IMG/VR virus record: IMGVR_UViG_3300021399_000096
Reading direction: 5' to 3' (one strand)
From: a virus
Taxonomy: Duplodnaviria; Heunggongvirae; Uroviricota; Caudoviricetes
DNA length: 64,000 nt
The translations under genes were made by a program, and so were the position numbers. The stretch's first letter is position 1; every line of letters starts with the position of its first letter. Below the pieces are notes generated by a model, which saw only the letters and a program-made list of their open reading frames with translations, was not told where the DNA came from and did not search any database. Positions 21,485 to 32,560 of the stretch are shown here, in pieces.

Positions 21485-22039
21485 ATGGAAACTAATAGAA
21501 AAATTCAATTTACTAAAATTCGTGATGTGAAAACACCAAACAGAGCAAATCTTAATGATGCTGGAATGGATTTTTATATTCCTAGTTATTCAGAAGAATT
21601 TTTGAATGATTTGAAAGAAAAGAATAAAGCTAATAACCTTCAATATATTCTTGATGGTGAAGATGGAGAAAATCCAAATTATACTTTAAGAATTATTATT
21701 CCAGCTGGCGAACAAATCAATATTCCGTCAGGAATCAAAGTTAATATTCTTGATAAAAATACATATCTTGAAGCAAATAACAAATCTGGTATAGCAACTA
21801 AATATCATTTAGTGGTTGGCGCAAGTGTAGTTGATGCAGATTATCAAGGTGAAGTGCATCTTAATTTAATTAATACTGGAAATACAGATATTGAAGTTTT
21901 TTCTGGAATGAAAATTGTTCAATTTATTCATAAGTATTATATTCATACAGACCTTGAAGAAATTTCAGTAAATGAATATAATAATTTAAAAACCAGTGAT
22001 CGTGGGGATGGAGCTTTTGGACATAGCGGAATTAAATAA
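21485..22039 (+). CDS. dut: dUTPase (dUTP pyrophosphatase) / dCTP deaminase-fold protein.
   Basis: AGMDFYIP, GIATKYHLVVGASVVDADYQGEVHLNLINTG and SDRGDGAFGHSG are dUTPase motifs 1 to 5. Confidence 0.6.
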   Translation: METNRKIQFTKIRDVKTPNRANLNDAGMDFYIPSYSEEFLNDLKEKNKANNLQYILDGEDGENPNYTLRIIIPAGEQINIPSGIKVNILDKNTYLEANNKSGIATKYHLVVGASVVDADYQGEVHLNLINTGNTDIEVFSGMKIVQFIHKYYIHTDLEEISVNEYNNLKTSDRGDGAFGHSGIK

Positions 22040-22064
22040 TTAAATATTATTTTTATATTATTAT

Positions 22065-22100
22065 GAAAATGACTGAAGAAATTCAGTCATTTTTTGTTTT
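22065..22100 (+). terminator. Rho-independent terminator.
   Basis: Stem atgactgaa / ttcagtcat followed by tttttgtttt. Confidence 0.6.
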
Positions 22101-22174
22101 ATATTTTTTCATTTTTTATTCTTTAATAAATAATAAAAGAAAGAATATTTTAATCAACAAAATATCAATATCAC

Positions 22175-22903
22175 ATGGAAACAAAAATATCTGAGAATTT
22201 TTTAACAAAAGTGTTTGATAAATGGGGTGATAAATGGTGGTTCAAAACACTTTTCACTATTGCTGTGGTGTGGATCTTAATGGGCCCAGTAGTAACTTCC
22301 TTTATAAATAATTCAATGCAACAAAAATCTGTATCTGAAGCAGTAACTAATTCATTAGATGACAGAGATGAAAGAAATAAAGCTTCACATAGAGCAAATT
22401 TTGAAGCATCTCGTTAGGCATATGCATTAGCAAAACATACAATGCAAGAATATATTTCATTGACTAATTCAGAATATATATTTTTAATTGAATACCATAA
22501 TGGTTCTGAAAACGTAATGACTGGTGTTCAATTCTGTCGTTTTGATATGACTCTTGAAGTAGCAACAGATAATGCAAAATATGTAGCTATTGAAAAATTC
22601 CGTGATGATATTGTTGCACGTTATGATATTTTGTTATCAGAAGATTTAGGTAAAAATAAATTGCTTTATTATACACAAGAAGAATTTGAAAAAGCAGATA
22701 GATATTTAGCACAACAAATGGATTATGTAAATGCTAAATCATATGCAGTATTAAATCTTAAAGATATTCATGGTAAGGCCTTTGGTTCTATTCTATGCAT
22801 TTCTACAGATGATGAACAAATAAATTTATTAGCTGTTCGTGAATTAGCTATTGATTTAGAGAATATATTCAATAATGGTGGTATTGAAGATGAAGAAGAA
22901 TAA
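22175..22903 (+). CDS. Membrane-anchored protein of about 242 aa with one in-frame TAG at 22415-22417.
   Basis: Track ORFs 22175-22417 and 22442-22903 are in the same frame and joined through TAG. There is an N-terminal TM helix WWFKTLFTIAVVWILMGPVV. Confidence 0.5.
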
Positions 22904-23172
22904 AAATATGCATTTTTGCAATTTTAACGTTTTTTAAGAAAATAAATAAATAAAATACAAATATAATTATCTTTCTGTCTTAATTAATATGAAAGAGTAA
23001 TGTAAGAAACAAAAACACATCTCGTTCATTTTAGGGATTTATTAGTATAGAGAAAATAAATTTACGAAATAGACATATTAAATGATTAAGATTAATTAAA
23101 GATTTGAAAAATGATTATCCGTTACTTTATTATAGGTAACACATTAAATAAAAAATAACTAGAAAAAATAAT

Positions 23173-25080
23173 ATGAAAGTAAACAATCAAAAAGCTACTG
23201 CTAAAAATGCAGAGCAAATGATCAATGAAGCTTGGGCTCCAATGATTACTCGTACAACTGGTGTTAAGGATCCAGAAAAGCTTGCTTGGATGAGTCAACT
23301 TGCTCATAATACAGCTAAATCCTTAAATGAATCTGCTCCTGTAATGGGTGCAAACGACTTCTCTGAATTTGGCGGTGCTTATGCTCCATATAATAACCTT
23401 TATAACACTCTTGGTGTTGGTAACGTAGTTGCTCCATCACGTGTTGCTATGTCTGGTTCTGCATAGGCAGATGATCAAATTCTTGGTTCTGGCGATAAGT
23501 TCCCTGCACTTCTTCCATTAGCAATGAAAGTTGCTGCTAAAACTATTGGTTTTGAACTTGTAAATACTACTCCTCTTGCAGGTCCTAGCGGTGTTCTTCC
23601 TTATATGGACTATGTATACAGTGGTAGCAAACAACCATATGGTGCAACTCCTGCATATGATCCAAAATCTGCAAATCCTGCATATGCTCATAGTGCGCGT
23701 GTTCCAGAAGGTGGTGTAGGCCAAAATCCTGCATTTGCTCTTTATGGTCTTCCTCATGCGTTCAAAGCTACTCTTCTTCCTGCTAACAGCAATGCAGATC
23801 CAATGGTTAAATATAAACATGATCTTGAAGTAGCAGGTTTGAAAGCTGGTGTAGCATTTAGAATTGGTGGTGGACAATCTGGCGCTGGTGCTCTTGAAGT
23901 TGAATTCATTGGTTGGAGCCGTATTGATGGATGCCCAATGTTCAAAGTTGTTAATGGAGCTAAATCTCTTGGTGAATATTTCATGGAAGGTACAGTTGAA
24001 GCCGTTAGTGAAATTGCTACATTGAAACTTCAAGGTCCTAAATTAGTATCTATGTTGGAAGATTCACTTCTTGGTTTCGCTGGTGCTGGTGAAGTTGATA
24101 AAGATGCTTGGGCTGGTACATATCAAGATGGTACTGTTCTTTATGAACCAATGAGTCGTGCAACAGGTGAATTAACTCCTGCCCGTCAAATCTCATTACA
24201 ACTCTTCACAAAGAACATCGCAGTTGGTACAATCCAAGTTGCTTGTGCTGTTACACAAGAACAAGTTACTGACCTTCAAAAACAATGGGGTATTGATGTA
24301 TTGAAGATCGTTGAGAACGCTGGCGTAAACGAACTTTCTCAAACTATCAACCGTCACATCACATCTCGTTTGTTTGCTCTTGGTTGGAAGAACCATGCTA
24401 AGATGGTAGAAGTTGAAGGTCTTGAAGCTTGCTTGAATATGACTTTCCAACCTTGGGATAAAAATGATAATGGTACAGTAGATAATGGAGAAATCCAAAC
24501 TCGTGCATTTGCAATTCCTGAAGGACAATATCTTGAAACTGAACAACGTTATGAATCTCAAAAATTAGTTGAACTTCCTTTAATGCCTATGGGTGTTATT
24601 GAAGGCGCTAACTTCGAGAACCGTGACACTCTTATCAAGAGAATCTTTACAAATATCTTAGCTGCTTCTAACTGGATCCAACAACGTGGTCGTTACGGTG
24701 CTGCTACATTCGTTGTAACTAACATCCGTGTTGCTACATTGTTACAATCTGATGCGCACTATAGCTTCTCACCAATTGAGAATACTGTTAAACAAACTGC
24801 TGGTCAACTTTACCCAATCGGTACTGTATGCGGTTTAACTGTTTACGTTGATCCATTGATGAAGGCTAATGATACTCGTGTATTAGTTGGACGTAAAGGT
24901 GCTAAAGATGAACCAGGTGTTCACTTCTGCCCATACGTAATGGCTGAGGTTGTACGTATCATCGCTGAAGGTACAATGGCTCCAAAACTTATGATTAAAT
25001 CTCGTTACGCACTTGTAGATGCAGGTTTTTATCCAGAAACACAATATATTACATTCTTCGTAGATTGTCGTGGTCTTTAA
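23173..25080 (+). CDS. Major capsid protein, T4 gp23-like, about 635 aa, with one in-frame TAG at 23464-23466.
   Basis: Track ORFs 23173-23466 and 23524-25080 are in the same frame and joined by TAG. FPALLPLAMKVAAKTIGFELVNTTPLAGPSGVL aligns with the gp23 region around IPNLIAFDICGVQPMNSPTGQVFAL. AATFVVTNIRVATLL aligns with the gp23 segment GNFIIASRNVVNVLA. The gene has strong codon bias and GC enrichment. A 270-nt AT-rich leader lies upstream. Confidence 0.75.
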
Positions 25081-25126
25081 TTAATAAGTTAAAGCTTAAG
25101 AAATTATATAATAATTTCGATAATAA

Positions 25127-25160
25127 AAAGAGGAAACTCGAAATAGTTTCCTCTTTTTAT
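25127..25160 (+). terminator. Rho-independent terminator.
   Basis: Perfect stem aaagaggaaact / agtttcctcttt followed by a T-run. Confidence 0.65.
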
Positions 25161-25267
25161 TATGATTTTATTTAACTTATGTATTTGTTAATATATAATT
25201 CTATCTATTTATTAAAAAACTTTTTAAATAAATATAATATAATATATAAAGAAATATAATTTAAATT

Positions 25268-27424
25268 ATGACTATACTAGAAGAAACATTAGAAGAATTA
25301 AAAGCAGGTAAAATTTCGCAACGCCAATTTATTGGATATTGTAAATCAGATAATAACATTTATGGAGAAATTATAGAAAAAACTAAATTCCTAGATCAAT
25401 ATAATCCAGATATTCTTGAACGTCTTTATTATATAATTAATAATATTAATGAAGTAGTTAAATGTAAATATTGTAATAATAAAGCAATATGGACAGGACG
25501 TATAAATAATGGGTATAAAGATATTTGTAATTCTAAAGAATGTCGTACAAAACAATTAGCAGATGTTCATAAAGGAAAAACAATTATATCAAATAATAGA
25601 GATAATGATTTTATTATTAAACAATCAGCAATAGAAGAAGTTAATGATGATATTATAAAAGACATATTGAAATATGATAAATTTTTAGATTTAATTACAA
25701 ATGAAAATATTTTAAAATATCTCGATAATAGATTTAGTGATAGCTCATCTAGATTAGAATCTCTTCAACGTATTAGATTTGGAATAGAAGAAAAACCAAA
25801 ATGTCCAACATGTGGAAAACCTGTAGTGTGGGTAGGTAAAAAATCTAAAATGTTTACAACTTATTGTTGTAATGAATGCCGAGCACAAAATAAAGAAACT
25901 CATAAGAAAATGAAACAAACCCAACTAGAAAATTGGGGAAATGAATGTTGTTATCAATCAGAAAAATATAAACAAAAAATGCGTGAGAAATATGGTGTTG
26001 ATTATTATTGGCAACGTTCAGATATAAAAGAAAAAAGAAAAGTAGGTTTAATAGAACATTATGGCACAACAAAATTATATCAAGTAGAAGAAATTAGAAA
26101 TAAAATAATTGCTACTAATAGAGAAAAATTTGGATATGATAATCCAATGCAAAATCCAGAAATTAAACAGAAAACTTATGAGGCTATCAAAAAATCAATG
26201 AGATTTGGAACATCTAATGCTGAAGATAATGTATATAATTGGTTAATTGAGCTTGGATATAATGTAGAAAGATTTGTAAGATCTGAAAAATTCCCATTTA
26301 ATGTGGATTTTTATTTAAAAGAATATGATTTATATATTGAATATCAAGGTTCTCAATATCATCATGGATATTCTTTTCTCGGAACAAAAGATGATTTTAT
26401 TGAATTAGAAAATTTAAAGCAAAAGAATGAAAAATCTATATTAGAAAGTGGTAAAACTAAATCACAATATCAATCTATTATAGATACTTGGTCAATATAT
26501 GATGTAAATAAAAGAAATTATGCAAAAACCCATAATATAAAATTTTTGGAAATTTATAAATGTAATTCAAAAGAAGATTTACAATACCAATTAAATTTTT
26601 ATTTATGTTGTTTATATAATGAAAATATATTAAATTATAATAAAGAATTATTACAGAATGAATTTAATTTTTATAAAAAATTAAAAACTGAAAATTTATC
26701 AAATTCTGTAGGAAAATATCATATGATTATTAAGCAGTTCCAATGCAATAATTTCTTTAAACATGAAATAGAATTATTTGTTAATGATCCAATCATACGT
26801 AGAAAACTTATTCAAAACCGTGTAAAATATCTTAATAAAGAAGAAATACAACTTACACCAGAAGAAATTTTAACCGGCTTTAAAAAATCTGGGATTTATT
26901 ATGGTTATTCTCATTTTAATCCAAAATGGACAAATTGGTTTATTAACAAATATAATATTAAAACTATATATGATCCTTGTGGTGGATGGGGGCATCACTT
27001 ATTAGGAATGCTTTCATGTAATAAAATAATATATAATGATTTTTCACAATCAACCGTTGAAGGAGTTCAACAAATAAAAGATTATTTTAATATAGATAAC
27101 TTAGAAGTTCATTATGGAGATGGAACTGAATATATTCCAGAAGAGGTTGATGGATGGTTTATGTGTCCGCCTTATTATAATTTAGAACATTATGAATGCG
27201 GTGATTTTAAGTCATTAGAAGAATATAAAATATTCTTAAATAAAATTATTAAACTATGGCAAAATAGTTCATCTAGAGTCTTTGGAGTTATATTGAGAGA
27301 AGATTTAATAGATTATATAGATATTAAACCAAATGAAATACGTGATATGAAAATTCATAAAACATATTTAAATGGTGGAAAGAAAAACTTAGATGAAAAA
27401 TTTTATATTTTCAAAAAATAGTGA
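25268..27424 (+). CDS. Large multidomain protein: N-terminal Cys4 zinc ribbons, a central PD-(D/E)xK-like nuclease-fold segment, and a C-terminal SAM-dependent methyltransferase-like region.
   Basis: CKYCNN...CNSKEC and CPTCG...CCNECR are the zinc ribbons. VDFYLKEYDLYIEYQGSQYH is the nuclease-like segment. YDPCGGWGHHLL resembles MTase motif I. FMCPPYY resembles MTase motif IV, (D/N/S)PPY-like. The gene ends in tandem TAG-TGA. Confidence 0.4.
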
Positions 27425-27457
27425 GGAAATTCGAAAGAGTTTCCTCTTTTATTTTTT
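27423..27457 (+). terminator. Rho-independent terminator, nearly identical to the hairpin at 25127.
   Basis: gaggaaattcgaaagagtttcctc followed by ttttatttttt. Confidence 0.65.
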
Positions 27458-27514
27458 AACTTCTATTTTTTAGTTTGAAATAATTTTATTAATTTTGCAT
27501 CGTAATTAAAAATA
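27458..27514 (+). promoter_or_regulatory. Conserved promoter-like element, copy 1 of 6.
   Basis: aacttctattttttagtttgaaataattttattaattttgcatcgtaattaaaaataa lies about 10 nt upstream of the ATG at 27523. It contains a TAatTTTG element. Confidence 0.5.
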
Positions 27515-27522
27515 ATATAGTT

Positions 27523-28011
27523 ATGAGAACAACAGTTTATACACTTCTACCAAATGTTTTAAATAAAGAAGATTATGAAGAAATATATTTAAATAATGAA
27601 TATATTTATTTAGATATACGATTCGGATATATTAGAAAATTTAAATTAGAGTCAGATGATTCTAAACTTCGGTGTGTTGGAATTTTTGAAGAAAATAAAA
27701 TAGAATATTTTATTTTCAAAAAAGAAAATGATTCTAATTTATTGTTATGCAAAAATGATGGTATTCTTGAAAATGGTGATAAAATTATATGTTTGTCAAC
27801 AGGTTTTGAAAAAGGTGATTATGTTGCAAATGCACGTTTGGCAGGAATTGTAAAATTAACTATTATGGGCGAATCTTATTTAGAATATGCAGTAAACACT
27901 GCAAATCTATCGCCAGAATGGGAAACTGTTCATACAGATCATTGTTATCGTCTTGCAACAGAAGATGAAATAAAAGCAATTAATGAATTTAAAGAAGTTT
28001 TTAGCAAATAA
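27523..28011 (+). CDS. Hypothetical protein.
   Basis: Intact ORF immediately downstream of the conserved promoter element. Confidence 0.4.
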   Translation: MRTTVYTLLPNVLNKEDYEEIYLNNEYIYLDIRFGYIRKFKLESDDSKLRCVGIFEENKIEYFIFKKENDSNLLLCKNDGILENGDKIICLSTGFEKGDYVANARLAGIVKLTIMGESYLEYAVNTANLSPEWETVHTDHCYRLATEDEIKAINEFKEVFSK

Positions 28012-28022
28012 TTTATAGTTAT

Positions 28023-28460
28023 ATGGCACAACTAATTCAAAGAGACAGTGATGGAAAGAATCTTGCATTCCAATACAATGATGGAGGCAGATCACAGTAT
28101 TTTAAAGCACAAAAAGTCGGTGATTGTGTAACTCGCGCATTTGCAATTGCATCTGGTAAAGATTATAAAGAAGTATATAATCTTATATTCAAGACTGCAA
28201 AAGAAACACCACGCAATGGCGTCAAACGGACTATTTGTAAAAAAATTGCAAAACAACTCGGCGGTACATGGCATCCATTAATGGGTATTGGAACCGGTTG
28301 TAAAGCACACCTTCGTGTTAATGAAGTTCCTATGAAAGGAAAAATCGTATGTAGTGTCAGTAAGCACTTGACCGCGGTTATTGATGGTGTTATTAATGAT
28401 ACATATGATTGTGGCCGTGATGGTGAGCGTTGTGTTTACGGATATTGGGAATTCAAATAA
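28023..28460 (+). CDS. Hypothetical protein.
   Basis: Intact ORF. Confidence 0.4.
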   Translation: MAQLIQRDSDGKNLAFQYNDGGRSQYFKAQKVGDCVTRAFAIASGKDYKEVYNLIFKTAKETPRNGVKRTICKKIAKQLGGTWHPLMGIGTGCKAHLRVNEVPMKGKIVCSVSKHLTAVIDGVINDTYDCGRDGERCVYGYWEFK

Positions 28461-28508
28461 TTAGAAACTTTTTTGAATTTTGAAATAAAATTATAAACAA
28501 TAAAATTC

Positions 28509-28853
28509 ATGAAAACAATTGAAACCACATCTGCACAAGAAATCGCAGAATATTTGGAATATTTATATAATATAGCACGTGATAAAGCTTTTGAAAATAA
28601 TCATGATTATAGTAAAATATATAATGATACTGCATGGGAAAAATTATATCATAAAGTATTTTCAGATGAAATATCTCGAGTTATATGCAAAAGATTTCCT
28701 AATTTTGACTGGTATGATCCAGACACTTCATATTATGAAGATGTGAATGCATTTATTGAAGCATTTAAAAAATATGCAAAAAATATTAACAATGAAAATG
28801 ATGGGGAATTATTTCCAAGTATAAATACATATTTTGAAAATAAAAATATTTAA
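28509..28853 (+). CDS. Hypothetical protein.
   Basis: Intact ORF. Confidence 0.4.
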   Translation: MKTIETTSAQEIAEYLEYLYNIARDKAFENNHDYSKIYNDTAWEKLYHKVFSDEISRVICKRFPNFDWYDPDTSYYEDVNAFIEAFKKYAKNINNENDGELFPSINTYFENKNI

Positions 28854-28856
28854 AAC

Positions 28857-29624
28857 ATGAAAAGTCAAGTATTAAGTGAAAAAGGCATCAAAAGATTTAA
28901 TCTTGAAAATGCTAAACAATCAATTGAAAAAGCTAAAGAGGCTGTTCCGGTTAAGGAATGGACTAGTTTTGATGATTATTTTAAAGATGATTTTGAAGAT
29001 CGTCATAATAATAAAAAATGGTATGAAAAGATAAAAGATTTTTTTGTATTCAGTATTGGTTGGAATGTAAGAGATTGGTGGATTGATACAAAATGGTATT
29101 TTAGTAATTTGAAACGTTTTCAACCAATGATTAAATCATGGCGTTCATGGAGTTATGAATACCAATTGGATTTATTTGTATTTGGACTTAAACAACTTGC
29201 AAATACAATTGAATATTATGGTTATGAAGAAGAAACATCTCGTAATAAAAAAATAGCAGCAATTAAAGAGTTAATTGCCGAAATTAAGCGAGATTATGAA
29301 TTAGAAGTAGATGAGCGTTTTCCTCGAGATACATATCTTGAAAAAATCATAAAATATTCAGATGGTTCAGTATCATTCAATTATAAAGATGATGAAACCG
29401 TTGCAAAAGCTAAAGAACGTCATGCTAATGCATTAAAGAAAGCACGTAAAGCTCATTATGATAAAATATTTAAATTAATTCTCGGGCAAGATAATGATAA
29501 ACTTGGCCAAATGGTTAAAGAAAAATATGAATCATTATCTGAAGAGGAAAAGAAGAACTTTAGTTCTTATGATGCACAGGTAGAATTATTTGATGGATCT
29601 GGAATTGAAGGTTGGTGGGACTAA
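28857..29624 (+). CDS. Hypothetical protein.
   Basis: Intact ORF. Confidence 0.4.
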   Translation: MKSQVLSEKGIKRFNLENAKQSIEKAKEAVPVKEWTSFDDYFKDDFEDRHNNKKWYEKIKDFFVFSIGWNVRDWWIDTKWYFSNLKRFQPMIKSWRSWSYEYQLDLFVFGLKQLANTIEYYGYEEETSRNKKIAAIKELIAEIKRDYELEVDERFPRDTYLEKIIKYSDGSVSFNYKDDETVAKAKERHANALKKARKAHYDKIFKLILGQDNDKLGQMVKEKYESLSEEEKKNFSSYDAQVELFDGSGIEGWWD

Positions 29625-29691
29625 AAATAAATAAAAATTAAAATAAAAATATATGATTAGAACACTAGATTAGGCAGAAAAGGAATATTAT

Positions 29692-30105
29692 ATGACATAT
29701 TATAAATGTCATTGTGAATATTGTAATAGAGATTTTGTTGCAAGCATTGATGATATGCATGAGTCTGCTTTACAATTTGGAATGCCAAAAGTTGCAAATG
29801 ATGAATATGTATGGAAATGCCCAATATGTGGGCATCCAAATACCGGAAAAAATATTGATTTGGAACCATGTTATCAAAATGGTAAAACTAATAAAGTATT
29901 TGAATTGACTGATAATGAAACTAAAGCAGCCATGGAATTTGAAAATGCACATTGTCATATTAAAGATCCAGAACAATGTAAAACATTTTTATCTGCAGCG
30001 AAACAGCAATTTACATATGAAATTACTCTCGGAGGATTAGGACATTGCATAAGTATTAAATGCAATGAATGCGGAGAAACAAAAGATATTACAAATAATA
30101 ATTAA
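29692..30105 (+). CDS. Zinc-finger protein with three CxxC pairs. A possible alternative start at 29653 crosses a TAG.
   Basis: CHCEYCN, CPICGHPN and CNECGE are present. Confidence 0.4.
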   Translation: MTYYKCHCEYCNRDFVASIDDMHESALQFGMPKVANDEYVWKCPICGHPNTGKNIDLEPCYQNGKTNKVFELTDNETKAAMEFENAHCHIKDPEQCKTFLSAAKQQFTYEITLGGLGHCISIKCNECGETKDITNNN

Positions 30106-30132
30106 TTATAAATTTTAAAATTTTAAAAATTT

Positions 30133-30918
30133 ATGGGAAAATCCAAATTCAAAGTTGGCGATAAAGTTCGCTATAAAGGTAAAATATACACAATCGGTTG
30201 TGTAAAATATGATAATGGTGATAAACGAAATGTATATACACTTAAAGGGTTCCCAAATATATATTTCATTTATTCATACCAACTAGAGAAAGTAGATAAT
30301 TTTATACCTAAATCTAATAATGGAACTGTTAATTCTACTGTAACTTTGGAGTTTGATAAAACTACATTAAATACTATTGATGCTACAAATAAATTTAAAA
30401 ATTGTGCAAACAAAGTTATGGTAGATGGAGTAGTTATTAAAAATCGATATGGTGATGTAGATGAAAATACACGGGCATTTAAACTTACATTGGAAGAAGC
30501 ACAAGAAATGTATAATGCTGGTGGAAAACTTCGTGAATTTGCTCTTAGAGTTTTTACCGAAGATGAATTAAAGCCAAAATATCCAAAAACATGGGATGAT
30601 TACTGCGATAATTTTTATCCATATGAAAAGCATATGCATTATATTCCAAAATTTGCACATGGTTTTGATGGGGATGATGCAGATGCATTTATTGCATTTG
30701 GACGTTTAATTAGGTTACGTAAAGCATGGATTCGTGATTGGAAGCCTGTTTGGAATAATGTTGAAGTATACTGGTGTATTGGTTATCGGCTCAACAAAAT
30801 TAATATTATGCAGTATTCTTCAATATCACAACCATTATCTTTTCCAACAAAAGAAATGGCAGAGAATTTTATGAATTGTTTTAAAGATTTGTTAGAAAAA
30901 GCAAAAACATTAATTTAA
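30133..30918 (+). CDS. Hypothetical protein.
   Basis: Intact ORF. Confidence 0.4.
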   Translation: MGKSKFKVGDKVRYKGKIYTIGCVKYDNGDKRNVYTLKGFPNIYFIYSYQLEKVDNFIPKSNNGTVNSTVTLEFDKTTLNTIDATNKFKNCANKVMVDGVVIKNRYGDVDENTRAFKLTLEEAQEMYNAGGKLREFALRVFTEDELKPKYPKTWDDYCDNFYPYEKHMHYIPKFAHGFDGDDADAFIAFGRLIRLRKAWIRDWKPVWNNVEVYWCIGYRLNKINIMQYSSISQPLSFPTKEMAENFMNCFKDLLEKAKTLI

Positions 30919-30920
30919 TT

Positions 30921-31583
30921 ATGGAAAATAAGATTAAAGTTTTAGTAGTAGTTGATGCACAGAATGATTTTATTACTGGTACATTAGCAAATAAAGAGGC
31001 TCAACAGGCTGTTCCAAATATTGTTGACAAAATTTTATCATTTGATGGCGATGCAATTTATCTAACAATGGACACTCATTATTTTGATTATCTTAATACA
31101 TCTGAAGGTAAAAAACTTCCGGTTGAACATTGTATGGTCAATAGTGAAGGGTGGCGAATTGAAGAATCTATTTATCAAGCAGTCTTAGTAAAAGCTAAAC
31201 AAGGATGTGAAATTAAATATATTCGTAAAAATACATTTGGTTCTGTTGATCCAGTTTATATTGAAGATGGTGAAATTGCATCAACTCTTAAAGACGCCGT
31301 TTTAAATTTTGAAAAAGACCGAACATTTCAACATATTAAAAACAATGGATTTATTAATCATATTATTAAAAATAATGGGCATATTAATTATATTCCAATG
31401 GAAATTGAAATGTGTGGATTCTGTACAGATATTTGTGTAGTTTCTAATGCACTTATTCTTAAAGCATATACATATAATTTTGCAGAGATTACAGTGGATA
31501 GCAAATGTTGTGCTGGAGTTACTCCAGAAAAACATGAAGCTGCACTTGAAGTAATGAAATCATGTCAAATTAATATTATTTAA
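30921..31583 (+). CDS. pncA: Isochorismatase-family hydrolase, probably nicotinamidase (PncA).
   Basis: The N-terminus VLVVVDAQNDFITGTLAN matches the nicotinamidase VDxQNDF motif. A conserved Cys lies in CGFCTDICV. Confidence 0.6.
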   Translation: MENKIKVLVVVDAQNDFITGTLANKEAQQAVPNIVDKILSFDGDAIYLTMDTHYFDYLNTSEGKKLPVEHCMVNSEGWRIEESIYQAVLVKAKQGCEIKYIRKNTFGSVDPVYIEDGEIASTLKDAVLNFEKDRTFQHIKNNGFINHIIKNNGHINYIPMEIEMCGFCTDICVVSNALILKAYTYNFAEITVDSKCCAGVTPEKHEAALEVMKSCQINII

Positions 31584-31606
31584 AAACAATAAAATTTATT
31601 TTAATT

Positions 31607-32431
31607 ATGAAGAAAATTTTTTATTTTTTCAGTATTGCAGTATTTGCAATATTTACTTTGTCTTCATGTCATTCAGTAGAGGTTAATGCTGATGAGGAAG
31701 CTGTACTTGTTATGCAACCCTGGTTTTTTGGCCATGGCGGTGTAGATAAATCACCTGTTAGTACTGGTCTGGAATGGTGTGCAGTAACTACATATGGTGT
31801 TCCTTTTAAAATTGTTCCAGTACAATATGATGAAACATTTGATGATATTTTTTCAAATGATAATACTCCTTTGGATTTTAGTACCTATATTGTTATTCAG
31901 GTCGAGAAAGGTAAAACACCAATTCTATTACAAAATTATGGAAGCGATTGGTATAAAAATAATATTCAACAGGTTTATCGAAATAAAGTAAGGGATTGTG
32001 TTTCATTGTATAGCCCATTCGATTTGATTTCTAATCGTGAAGTAAATGCAAAAATTGACTCTATTGTATTAGAATATATGCGCAAATATGTCGAGTATAA
32101 ATCACAAGATGCTGATATGCCAATTAGAATTATTTCTGTCACAACAGGAAAAGCTAGTCCTAATGAGGAACAAAAGAAAGAAATGAATCTTACCGCGGCT
32201 GCTATTCAGAAAACTAAAACTCAAGAACGTTTAAAAGAAATGGAAACTGTTCGAGAATCAGCGGAAAAACAACGTGCAAAAGCTGATAAAGCGTATATGC
32301 GTGAAATGAATTTGTCTCCGGATCAATATATTCAATTACGTGCATGGTCTATTATCGAACAAAAGCAAGGCGCAAATATTGATGTATTGTTTGATGGTTC
32401 TTCACAACATATGTGGAATATTAGACGATAA
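31607..32431 (+). CDS. Lipoprotein with an SPFH/band-7-like region and a C-terminal coiled coil.
   Basis: Signal peptide plus lipobox FTLSSC. The C-terminal part is rich in charged heptad repeats. Confidence 0.45.
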   Translation: MKKIFYFFSIAVFAIFTLSSCHSVEVNADEEAVLVMQPWFFGHGGVDKSPVSTGLEWCAVTTYGVPFKIVPVQYDETFDDIFSNDNTPLDFSTYIVIQVEKGKTPILLQNYGSDWYKNNIQQVYRNKVRDCVSLYSPFDLISNREVNAKIDSIVLEYMRKYVEYKSQDADMPIRIISVTTGKASPNEEQKKEMNLTAAAIQKTKTQERLKEMETVRESAEKQRAKADKAYMREMNLSPDQYIQLRAWSIIEQKQGANIDVLFDGSSQHMWNIRR

Positions 32432-32454
32432 TGAAATAATTAATAGATAATAAA

Positions 32455-32484
32455 ACACTACCTAAAATTAGGTAGTGTTTTTTG
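32455..32484 (+). terminator. Rho-independent terminator.
   Basis: Stem acactacct / aggtagtgt followed by tttttt. Confidence 0.65.
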
Positions 32485-32494
32485 ATAATTTATT

Positions 32495-32552
32495 AACTTC
32501 TATTTTTTAATTTGAATAAAAAGTATTAATTTTGCATTGTAATTAAAAATAA
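32495..32552 (+). promoter_or_regulatory. Conserved promoter-like element, copy 2 of 6.
   Basis: aacttctattttttaatttgaataaaaagtattaattttgcattgtaattaaaaataa lies upstream of the ATG at 32561. Confidence 0.5.
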
Positions 32553-32560
32553 TATCAACT

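Noticed and set aside
22063-22194. A 43-codon ORF starting at 22063.
   Set aside because: It overlaps the strong terminator hairpin and runs through the T-rich tract. It is more plausibly non-coding terminator and promoter sequence.
22904-23172. Long AT-rich intergenic regions (22904-23172, 1633-1876, 25081-25267) were scanned for tRNA genes, including a possible suppressor tRNA-CUA.
   Set aside because: No stretch has the GC content or the GTTCRANYC T-loop signature of a tRNA. A suppressor tRNA, if present, must be outside this window.
27458-27514. Interpreting the conserved element as a canonical Bacteroidetes sigma-A promoter.
   Set aside because: A TAnnTTTG-like -7 box is present, but the upstream TTTG lies about 12 nt away rather than the canonical 19-21 nt. 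Only a generic promoter-like call is made, and host inference is left open.
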